Shown here piece after piece: positions 26,429 to 33,295 of a stretch of DNA of 33,295 nt. The DNA lies in NCBI GenBank assembly GCA_039930525.1, contig JBDTTS010000001.1, positions 1 to 33,295 on the forward strand. Direction: 5' to 3'. How positions within the stretch are numbered: the first letter of the stretch is position 1; each line of letters starts with the position of its first letter. This DNA comes from Actinomycetes bacterium (GTDB taxonomy: Bacteria > Actinomycetota > Actinomycetes > JAHEKZ01). The position numbers were made by a program, and so were the translations under genes. The notes under the pieces are model-generated. The model searched no databases and was not told the origin of the DNA. It saw only the letters and a list, made by a program, of their open reading frames with translations.

Positions 26429-26878
26429 TCAGGCAGAGGCGACGACGTTCACCTCAACGTCGGCGTCGACCCCCGGGTGGAGCGCCACGGTGACCTGGTG
26501 TGCGCCGACAGTCTTGATCGGAGCCGCAACCTGTACCGAGCGCTTGTCGAGGGCCGGGCCTCCTGCTGCGGAGACGGCGCCAACAATGTCCGTCGCGGTG
26601 ACGGCGCCGAAGAGGCGTCCGCCGTCGCCGGCCTTGACCTCGAGCGTGACCGACAGTGCGGCCAGCTGTGCCTTGACCTCATTGGCGTGCCCAAGGTCGT
26701 GGATTGCGCGCGCGTCACGCGAGCGCTTGATCGTGGTGATTTGCTTCTCGCTGCCGCGCGACCACGGCAATGCCAAGCCGCGAGGGAGCAGGAAGTTGCG
26801 GCCGTATCCATCCTTGACCTCAACGATGTCGCCCGGTGCACCGAGTCCGTTGACGTCCTGGGTGAGGATGAGTTTCAT
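26429..26878 (-). CDS. rplI: 50S ribosomal protein L9
   Basis: [36 protein letters not shown], 149 aa. Confidence 0.95.
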   Translation of the reverse strand: MKLILTQDVNGLGAPGDIVEVKDGYGRNFLLPRGLALPWSRGSEKQITTIKRSRDARAIHDLGHANEVKAQLAALSVTLEVKAGDGGRLFGAVTATDIVGAVSAAGGPALDKRSVQVAAPIKTVGAHQVTVALHPGVDADVEVNVVASA

Positions 26879-26910
26879 CTCGTAACCCTTTCTTCAGCGT
26901 CTCGACGTGG

Positions 26911-27147
26911 TCAGCGGGCCGTTGACGAGTACGGCATCAAGGCCATCTCGCGGCTGTTCTTGATCGCCATGGCGATGTCGCGCTGGTGCTGCGTGCAGTT
27001 GCCGGTGACGCGCCGGGCCCGAATCTTTCCGCGGTCCGACACAAACTTGCGCAGCAGAGTCGTGTCCTTGTAGTCGATCGTCTGCGGGTTCTTCTTACAG
27101 AACTGGCAGACCTTTTTCTTGAGCTTCCGGATCGGAGGCTTGGCCAT
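26911..27147 (-). CDS. rpsR: 30S ribosomal protein S18
   Basis: [60 protein letters not shown], 78 aa. Confidence 0.95.
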   Translation of the reverse strand: MAKPPIRKLKKKVCQFCKKNPQTIDYKDTTLLRKFVSDRGKIRARRVTGNCTQHQRDIAMAIKNSREMALMPYSSTAR

Positions 27148-27171
27148 CGTGGTGCTCCTGTGCGTTCAGGG

Positions 27172-27188
27172 CCCCGCAAAATGCGGGG
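27172..27188 (-). other. intercistronic GC hairpin between ssb and rpsR
   Basis: CCCCGCA / TGCGGGG arms with a 3-nt loop. Confidence 0.5.
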
Positions 27189-27222
27189 ATGGGGTGAATG
27201 GGGAACGGGTTCTAGAAGTCGG

Positions 27223-27711
27223 CTAGAAGGGTGGCTCGTCGTCGGCCGGCGCCGCGGACGCCCACGGATCGGCAGGTGCAGCTGACGGCTGCGAGCCGCC
27301 ACCGCTTGGACCACCGAAGCCGCCGCCGCCACCGCTGCCGCCACTGCGGGTGACCTTGGTGACCTTGGCAGTCGCGTACTTGAGCGAGGGGCCCACTTCG
27401 TCAACATCTAGTTCGTACACGGTGCGCTTCTCGCCCTCGCGGGTCTCGTACGAGCGCTGCTTGAGGCGCCCCTGCACGACCACTCGAGCGCCTTTGGTGA
27501 GGGTCTCTGCGACGTTCTCAGCGGCCTGACGCCAGATCGAACACCGCAGGAAGAGGGCGTCGCCGTCTTTCCAGTCATTGGTGTTCTTGTCGAAGAAGCG
27601 TGGTGTCGACGCCACAGTGAAGTTGGCGACGGCTGCTCCTGAAGAGGTGAACCTCAGCTCGGGATCGTCGGTCAGGTTGCCGACGACGGTAATGACGGTG
27701 TCTCCGGCCAT
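27223..27711 (-). CDS. ssb: single-stranded DNA-binding protein
   Basis: OB-fold N-terminus [38 protein letters not shown], Gly-rich linker, acidic tip DDEPPF. Confidence 0.95.
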   Translation of the reverse strand: MAGDTVITVVGNLTDDPELRFTSSGAAVANFTVASTPRFFDKNTNDWKDGDALFLRCSIWRQAAENVAETLTKGARVVVQGRLKQRSYETREGEKRTVYELDVDEVGPSLKYATAKVTKVTRSGGSGGGGGFGGPSGGGSQPSAAPADPWASAAPADDEPPF

Positions 27712-27717
27712 GACGCC

Positions 27718-28008
27718 CTACTTCCCGTCCCTGCGGACAACCTTGGTCCGCAGCACGGTCTCGGTCAGGTTCAGCTGACGATCGAGTTCTTTGACCGTGT
27801 CGGGCTCGGCCTGCATGTCGACGACGGCGTAAATGCCGTCGCTCTTCTTGGCGATCTCGTGAGCGAGACGCCGGCGTCCCCAGATGTCGACCTTGTCGAT
27901 AGTTCCGCCATCTTTGGTGATGACGGTGAGGAACTGGTCAAGTGAGGGAGCAACGGTCCGCTCTTCGACATCGGGGTCAAGGATGACCATTAGTTCGTAT
28001 TGACGCAT
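27718..28008 (-). CDS. rpsF: 30S ribosomal protein S6
   Basis: [14 protein letters not shown]..., 96 aa, SD GAAGGAGGTGGAG upstream. Confidence 0.95.
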   Translation of the reverse strand: MRQYELMVILDPDVEERTVAPSLDQFLTVITKDGGTIDKVDIWGRRRLAHEIAKKSDGIYAVVDMQAEPDTVKELDRQLNLTETVLRTKVVRRDGK

Positions 28009-28151
28009 GCGTTCTCCACCTCCTTCGGACTATTCGGCCACGGACGATCCGTGACAGGAGGGCGATGCGATCGTTTGCTGGTCGGCGAGCGCGGATGCCC
28101 GTGAGCAGCCTGGCAAGAGTACCGGGCCAGTGGGCGTCGAACGAAATCGCC

Positions 28152-28186
28152 TGTGGACGGGAGCGCTCCGAGCGCACTGTGGATAC
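28152..28186 (-). promoter_or_regulatory. two DnaA-box-like 9-mers flanking a GGAGCGCTCC palindrome in the rpsF/xthA divergent region
   Basis: Minus strand CCGTCCACA (28152-28160) and GTATCCACA (28178-28186). 10-nt perfect palindrome at 28160-28169. Confidence 0.3.
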
Positions 28187-28205
28187 ATCCGCATAGGCTG
28201 GCGCG

Positions 28206-28991
28206 GTGCGGATCGCCACCTGGAACGTCAACTCCATCACTGCTCGAATGCCTCGGGTCACTGAGTGGCTGCAGGCGACGGGCACCGACGTCCTCTGCCT
28301 GCAAGAGACCAAGGTTGCGGCCGACACTTTCCCCTCTGAAGCCTTTGTCGAGATCGGCTACGAGGTAGCCCACCACGGCCAGGGCCGCTGGAACGGCGTT
28401 GCGGTGATCAGTCGGGTGGGGATCGCCGATATCGAGTGCGGATTCCCAGGCGATCCAGGCTTTCCCGACGCCGCCACGTGCGAAGCACGCGCCATGGCCG
28501 CCACCTGCGGAGGCATTCGCCTCTGGTCGCTCTATGTGCCGAACGGTCGTACCCCAGATGACCCGCACTACGCGTACAAGCTGGCTTGGTTCGCCGCGAT
28601 CACCGCGCACCTGGCACACCAGGCGTCAGCGCCGACTCCGCTGGCCGTCGTCGGCGATTTCAATGTTGCGCCCACGGACGCCGACGTATGGGATCCAGCC
28701 GCTTTCGTCGGCGCCACTCACGTGACGGCCGAGGAGCGCACCGCTTTTGAAGCGGTCAAGTCTTTAGGGCTGCACGACGTATTTCCGCGGGCCCTCAAGG
28801 GCGACCACCCGTACACCTTCTGGGACTACCGCGACGGCGCGTTCCACCGCGGCATGGGCATGCGGATCGACTTCGTGCTCGGCAACGCAGCCCTGCAAGA
28901 TGCCGTGGCTGACGCCTACGTCGATCGCCAAGCCCGCAAGGGCAAGGGCGCCAGCGACCACGCGCCCGTGGTGGTCGACCTCGACCTCTGA
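28206..28991 (+). CDS. xthA: exodeoxyribonuclease III (AP endonuclease)
   Basis: GTG start. MRIATWNVNSI...VLCLQETK, GDFNVAP, ASDHAPVVVDL. Confidence 0.9.
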   Translation: MRIATWNVNSITARMPRVTEWLQATGTDVLCLQETKVAADTFPSEAFVEIGYEVAHHGQGRWNGVAVISRVGIADIECGFPGDPGFPDAATCEARAMAATCGGIRLWSLYVPNGRTPDDPHYAYKLAWFAAITAHLAHQASAPTPLAVVGDFNVAPTDADVWDPAAFVGATHVTAEERTAFEAVKSLGLHDVFPRALKGDHPYTFWDYRDGAFHRGMGMRIDFVLGNAALQDAVADAYVDRQARKGKGASDHAPVVVDLDL

Positions 28992-29146
28992 CGGAGCGCG
29001 CCGCCCGTCGGTCACCGTCGAGTCACGATGCGTGAGAAATGTCGGCCGATCGGTCGAACTCCCCGCGAACGTCACGGCTCCCACGCCCGAGGCCCCTACC
29101 GTTCAAAGTCCCAGACCATTCGCCTTCACGAGGGAACCCACCACTC

Positions 29147-30457
29147 ATGTCGCATTCACCGTTGCGCTCGGTTCGGCGTACGGCAGCTGTCGCCCTAGCA
29201 GTCGGCCTGCTCAGCACCGGCCTTGCCACTACCGCTGACGCCGCTCGCACCACCGTGTCAGGACAGGTCACCACTGCCGCTGGCGTCGCCGTGCCAGGGG
29301 TGAAGGTGAGCATCAAGGTCGGTCGTCGCCAGCCGGTCGTCGCCACCACAGACGCGTCAGGGGCATTCTCTGCAAATGTTCGCACCGGCAAGGCCAAGAT
29401 CGCGTTGGTGGGTCCGGCAACCCCAGCACCCGACCTTCCCCCGTCATGGAGCTTCACGCGCATCAGGGCCGGAGTCACCAACAACGAGGTGTTGAACTTC
29501 TCGCTACCGGCCACCAGCACAGTGGCGGTCAAGGTGTTACGCAGCAAGACAAATACTCCAATCCCCGGGTCGTCGATCCAGCAGTGCTTGACGTCCACCA
29601 GCGATGCTGACCCGCACGTCGTTCTCGCCGGTTCGGCAGCTGTCTCTCCGAGTCAGAACTTCGTCGGAGCTGTCACCGACTCGCTGGGTGAGGTCGCGCT
29701 GACCTCGTTCAAGGACGCCACGTTGGGCCGCCTGTGCGCCGGATTCGTCGAGACCGGGCCAGCCACAACGATCTATTCGGCGCGTGGTCCGATCAAGGAC
29801 GCCACCGCCGACGTCGCCATGAACATCTATGCGCCGCAGGTGGTCCCCCAGGCCGGCACCGTGACCGACAGCGCCTCATTGGGTGCCGCGGGAGTCAAGG
29901 TCGCGCTTCGCTCGGCCAGCGGACAGGTCGACTCGATCAGCGAACCGACCAGTGCGTCCGGCGACTTCCTGGTCGACATAGCCCCTGGCAGCGTCTTTGC
30001 CCGCTTCTCCAGCCGGGCGCTCGGCAGCGCCAACCCGCCTCCCCCCAACATTCCACGATCGTTCCAGGCCACCATCGACGGCATCGCTGATGGGCTCTCC
30101 GCGTGGGACGTACAACTGCCGGCAACCGTCACGCTCACGGTGGAGGTCATCAACGCCGACGGCACACCCGTCAAGAATGCCGTGATCCGACCAGCAGCAG
30201 GCGGGGCGTTGGACAAAGCCGACTCGGCTGTCCTCGTGGCCGGACAGCCCGACGGCCAAATCAGCCAACTCATCTACGGCGATGGCTTGAGCGACACCAA
30301 GGGGATGACGTTCGCTCGGCTGTTCCCAGACGCAGCTCTCGGGGCATTCACGATCACCAAGAATGTTGGCGGCGGAGCCCGTCGCGTCGCGACAGTCACG
30401 GCTGGCACGGTTCTGACGTCTGACACCACGATCACCGTGGTGCTGCCCGCCGCATAG
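29147..30457 (+). CDS. secreted protein with repeated carboxypeptidase-regulatory-like (beta-sandwich) modules
   Basis: ORF trimmed to the ATG at 29147 (signal peptide MSHSPLRSVRRTAAVALAVGLLSTGLATTADA). Repeats of the G.V.D..G..V.G.KV pattern (SGQVTTAAGVAVPGVKVSIK; AGTVTDSASLGAAGVKVALRS). Confidence 0.65.
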   Translation: MSHSPLRSVRRTAAVALAVGLLSTGLATTADAARTTVSGQVTTAAGVAVPGVKVSIKVGRRQPVVATTDASGAFSANVRTGKAKIALVGPATPAPDLPPSWSFTRIRAGVTNNEVLNFSLPATSTVAVKVLRSKTNTPIPGSSIQQCLTSTSDADPHVVLAGSAAVSPSQNFVGAVTDSLGEVALTSFKDATLGRLCAGFVETGPATTIYSARGPIKDATADVAMNIYAPQVVPQAGTVTDSASLGAAGVKVALRSASGQVDSISEPTSASGDFLVDIAPGSVFARFSSRALGSANPPPPNIPRSFQATIDGIADGLSAWDVQLPATVTLTVEVINADGTPVKNAVIRPAAGGALDKADSAVLVAGQPDGQISQLIYGDGLSDTKGMTFARLFPDAALGAFTITKNVGGGARRVATVTAGTVLTSDTTITVVLPAA

Positions 30458-30529
30458 CGCTCGCACGGTGCAGCCACCGGCGCACCACACAAGGGGTCCG
30501 TCAACGGTGCGCGCACTAGGCTGACCGCC

Positions 30530-31648
30530 GTGAACCAGTCCCTCGTGGTGCGCCCGATCACGGCGGATGAGCATCTGGCCGTCGTCACCGGCCGCAGCGG
30601 TTCGTTCCTTCAGACGCCCGCCTGGGGCGAGGTGAAGGCCGAGTGGGGGCATGAGAGCCTCGGCTGGTTCGACGGCGCCGATCTCGTTGGCGCGGCGCTC
30701 GTCTTGTACCGCACGGTCCCACGCACTCGGCGGTCGCTGGCCTATCTGCCAGAAGGTCCGGTGATCGACTGGGATCGGCATAAGGTGACGTCGATCACCG
30801 CTCCACTCCTCGATCACCTGCGCGGGCGCAAGGTCTTCTCGGTCAAGATGGGACCACCTGTCGTGTCGCGCAGCTGGCGCGCCAACACGATCAAGGCCGG
30901 CATCGCCGATGACGCCTCGCTACGACTGTCTGACCTTGATCCCGACAAAGAATCAGAAACTGCCGACGTCGTCATCGCAGCACTCGAAGCTGGGGGATGG
31001 GCCCGCAAGAGTTCTGGTGCCGGGTTCGGCGACTTCCAGCCACGGTACGTGTTTCAGGTGCCGTTAAACGACAGATCTTTGGACGACATCTTCAGCGGCT
31101 TCAACCAGCTGTGGCGGCGGAACGTGCGCAAGGCCCAGAAGTCCGGCGTGGACGTCAGCATGGGTGAGTGGGACGACCTGCCCGCCTTCCACGAGGTCTA
31201 CATCGAGACGGCCCGACGCGATGGCTTTACCCCTCGTCCCCTCAGCTACTTCCAGCGAATGTGGACGGCCATGCGCGCTGAAGGCGGGGATGAGCGCCTG
31301 CGCCTCTATCTGGCCACACACGAGGGTCGCCTGCTGGCCGCCACCACCTGGGTACGAGTAGGCGCCCATGTTTGGTACAGCTACGGGGCGTCATCCAGCG
31401 AGGGTCGTGAGCTACGTCCGAGCAATGCCATTCAGTGGCGCATGATCGAGGACGCCCACGCCGCGGGGGCCGCGGTGTACGACCTTCGAGGAATCACCGA
31501 CACCCTTGACCCAGATGACCCACTATCGGGTCTCATCCAGTTCAAGGTCGGGACGGGCGGCGAGGCCGTCGAGTACGTGGGTGAATGGGACTATCCACTG
31601 AACCCCCTGCTTCACAGAGCCTTTACCTACTACATGGGACGCCGCTAA
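30530..31648 (+). CDS. FemAB-family peptidoglycan interpeptide-bridge aminoacyltransferase
   Basis: GTG start. FLQTPAWGEVKAEWGHESLGWF N-terminus and a central coiled region. C-terminal ...VWYSYGASSSEGRELRPSNAIQWRMIEDA...YDLRGI, typical of Fem/MurM-type transferases. Confidence 0.78.
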   Translation: MNQSLVVRPITADEHLAVVTGRSGSFLQTPAWGEVKAEWGHESLGWFDGADLVGAALVLYRTVPRTRRSLAYLPEGPVIDWDRHKVTSITAPLLDHLRGRKVFSVKMGPPVVSRSWRANTIKAGIADDASLRLSDLDPDKESETADVVIAALEAGGWARKSSGAGFGDFQPRYVFQVPLNDRSLDDIFSGFNQLWRRNVRKAQKSGVDVSMGEWDDLPAFHEVYIETARRDGFTPRPLSYFQRMWTAMRAEGGDERLRLYLATHEGRLLAATTWVRVGAHVWYSYGASSSEGRELRPSNAIQWRMIEDAHAAGAAVYDLRGITDTLDPDDPLSGLIQFKVGTGGEAVEYVGEWDYPLNPLLHRAFTYYMGRR

Positions 31649-31651
31649 ACC

Positions 31652-32686
31652 GTGTTCTCTCTGCACATCAAGTCAGCGTCGTGGCGGGCCCATGCGAAGG
31701 GGCTCGCCGAGCAGATTCCGACGATCGTGCCGGTCGCCAAGGGCAACGGGTACGGGTTCGGGCTCACCATGCTCGGTGGCGAAGCGCAACAGCTCGGATG
31801 CGACACACTCGCCGTCGGCACCCTGGACGAGGCACCCATGGTGCACGAGGCGTTTCGCGGCGACGTTCTGGTGCTGACGCCGTGGCACCCGGCCATCGAC
31901 CCCGAGCCAGTCGACGATGACCGACTCATTCTTACGGCTTCTTCGCTGGAGGCGGTACGCGCGCTCGCGGGTCACGGCCGACGGGTGGTCGTCGAGCTGC
32001 TCACCTCAATGCGCAGGTTCGGTCTCGACGAAGAGGCGATCGCCGCTGCAGTGACCGACATCGGACGCCTCAACCTTTCTGGTTTTGCCTTGCACCTTCC
32101 GATTGACGACGGTGAGTTTTCGCGGGTCGACGAGATCAGCACGTGGGTGACCAGCTTGCGCCGACACCGGCTGCCGACCGACACCCTGTGGGTCAGTCAT
32201 GTGTCTGACGCCGAACTGGCCACTTTGCATCGGCGCCACCCACAGACGGTGTTTCGCCCTCGAATCGGTACTGCGCTCTGGCTAGGGGCGCGTGAGACCT
32301 ACCGGGCACGCGGCACGGTGCTGGCTGCGCATCTCGTGCGGCGCGGGCAGCGGTTCGGCTACCGGCAACGACGTGCCTCTCACGAAGCGCACCTACTCGT
32401 CATCGGCGGGGGCACATCCCACGGCGTCGCGCTGTCGGCGCCCAAATCCGTGAACGGTGCACTTCCTAGGATCAAAATCATCGCCGAAGGTGGACTGGAG
32501 GCCGGCGGGCGCGCCCTGTCTCCATTTCATGTCGGAGGACGGCGCCGCTGGTTCGCCGAGCCACCCCACATGCAGGTCTCCATGGTGTGGCTCCCGCTGG
32601 ACGTCAACCCACCGGTAATCGGTGAGGCCGTCGATGTCGACGTTCGCATGACCACGGCCACCTTTGACCGCGTCCTCTTGCATTAA
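31652..32686 (+). CDS. alanine-racemase-fold PLP enzyme (racemase-like, specificity unknown)
   Basis: GTG start 3 nt after the FemAB stop. VPVAKGNGYGFG matches the PLP-lysine context of the Alr N-terminal barrel. Divergent from canonical Alr elsewhere. Confidence 0.65.
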   Translation: MFSLHIKSASWRAHAKGLAEQIPTIVPVAKGNGYGFGLTMLGGEAQQLGCDTLAVGTLDEAPMVHEAFRGDVLVLTPWHPAIDPEPVDDDRLILTASSLEAVRALAGHGRRVVVELLTSMRRFGLDEEAIAAAVTDIGRLNLSGFALHLPIDDGEFSRVDEISTWVTSLRRHRLPTDTLWVSHVSDAELATLHRRHPQTVFRPRIGTALWLGARETYRARGTVLAAHLVRRGQRFGYRQRRASHEAHLLVIGGGTSHGVALSAPKSVNGALPRIKIIAEGGLEAGGRALSPFHVGGRRRWFAEPPHMQVSMVWLPLDVNPPVIGEAVDVDVRMTTATFDRVLLH

Positions 32687-32745
32687 TGGTTGCGGTAAGT
32701 TGACGAGCCGACGGTGGGGCCAATCGCAGAAGTTTGGGGGTCACG

Positions 32746-33295
32746 TTGCGGCTCAGACCCGGCAGTTTCCGTGACGTCGCGACGTTTACCCGGCTCTCGA
32801 ACGCCCACAGCCAGTGGTTGCGCAATGAAGACGCGTGGCAAGAGGACGAGCTCGCCGCCATCTTGATCAGCGCAACAGGCGAGCCCGCCGACAACGATCG
32901 CTACCTCGATGTGGGCGGCGAGACCGTTGCGGCTGTGCACGTCCATATGACTGAGCCGTTCGCCAAGGGCACCATCACGCTGGCGCTGCCCCCTGTCCAA
33001 CACCGTGCCGAACACGCGCGTACCCTCCTGCGAGCCGCCGAGCGGATCGTGCGCAGCAGCCCCTACACCGTGCCGAACGCGGCTCTGCAGGTCGACATTC
33101 ACCGCGAAGACACCGAGCTCCTCGCCATCGCCGAAGAGCTCGGTTATCGGGTGATCCAGAAGATGACGACCCTCGAAGGCGACATCCTCGACGCACCTGC
33201 GCCGACCTGGCCGGCCGACGTCGAGGTCAAGACCTTTAGCGTCACACGCGACCTCGCCGACGGCTACGCGGTCATCAAAGAGGCATTCGTTCCCA
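32746..33295 (+). CDS. GNAT-like acetyltransferase with tandem-domain (MshD-like) architecture, 3'-truncated by the window edge
   Basis: Open frame not in the ORF track because it has no stop in the window. TTG at 32746 with GGGGG 5 nt upstream. My own translation reads LRLRPGSFRDVATFTRLSNA...ELGYRVIQKMTTLEGDILDAPAPTWPADVEVKTFS. This inter-domain junction resembles my recollection of mycothiol synthase-type two-GNAT proteins. Confidence 0.5.
   Translation, partial: MRLRPGSFRDVATFTRLSNAHSQWLRNEDAWQEDELAAILISATGEPADNDRYLDVGGETVAAVHVHMTEPFAKGTITLALPPVQHRAEHARTLLRAAERIVRSSPYTVPNAALQVDIHREDTELLAIAEELGYRVIQKMTTLEGDILDAPAPTWPADVEVKTFSVTRDLADGYAVIKEAFVP

Noticed and set aside
30507-30516. GTGCGCGCAC perfect palindrome and a nearby GGTGC...GCACC stem upstream of the FemAB gene.
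   Set aside because: Short GC-only palindromes are expected by chance in this composition, and there is no supporting context.

Overview
High-GC, gene-dense chromosomal segment with actinobacterial hallmarks: the rpsF-ssb-rpsR-rplI-dnaB synteny, a DosR/DosS-type two-component pair and a bkd operon. I saw no tRNA, rRNA, CRISPR array, transposase, integrase or recognisable defence gene, so most of the window looks like core genome.

Gene content, left to right:
- Minus-strand E1alpha-E1beta-E2 2-oxoacid dehydrogenase operon, translationally coupled to a carbon-nitrogen hydrolase.
- Membrane-anchored Pro/Thr-rich protein ending in a Gly-Asn tandem repeat.
- NarL-type response regulator and a soluble GAF-GAF histidine kinase, arranged convergently with a secreted LamG-fold gene between them.
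- Two EamA/DMT transporters flanking a HisC-family aminotransferase.
- Minus-strand string: class-III aminotransferase, Lrp/AsnC regulator, membrane metallophosphoesterase, cupin.
- LMW protein-tyrosine phosphatase, an orphan secreted protein and a PIG-L deacetylase.
- Three-gene minus-strand unit: about 1050-aa secreted beta-propeller/PKD protein, UbiA-family prenyltransferase, S8 subtilase with a long tail.
- GNAT, then dnaB and the rplI-rpsR-ssb-rpsF operon, then xthA.
- Cell-wall-looking plus-strand block: secreted beta-sandwich protein, FemAB-family transferase, alanine-racemase-like PLP enzyme, and a tandem-GNAT ORF cut by the window edge.

Most unusual items:
1. The propeller/PKD-UbiA-S8 unit. 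The UbiA gene has no canonical start codon for a conserved-looking N-terminus.
2. The non-canonical layout of the DosRS-like pair.
3. The slippage-prone Gly-Asn repeat protein.
4. A repeat- and hairpin-rich 350-bp intergenic region at 16657-17006.
5. An AT-rich operator in the Lrp-linked divergent promoter.
6. A co-oriented TCCACAG (DnaA-box-like) motif on both sides of the ssb/ribosomal operon and upstream of dnaB.

I found no clear-cut new system. All functional calls rest on motif recognition and recalled family knowledge; no searches or computations were run.
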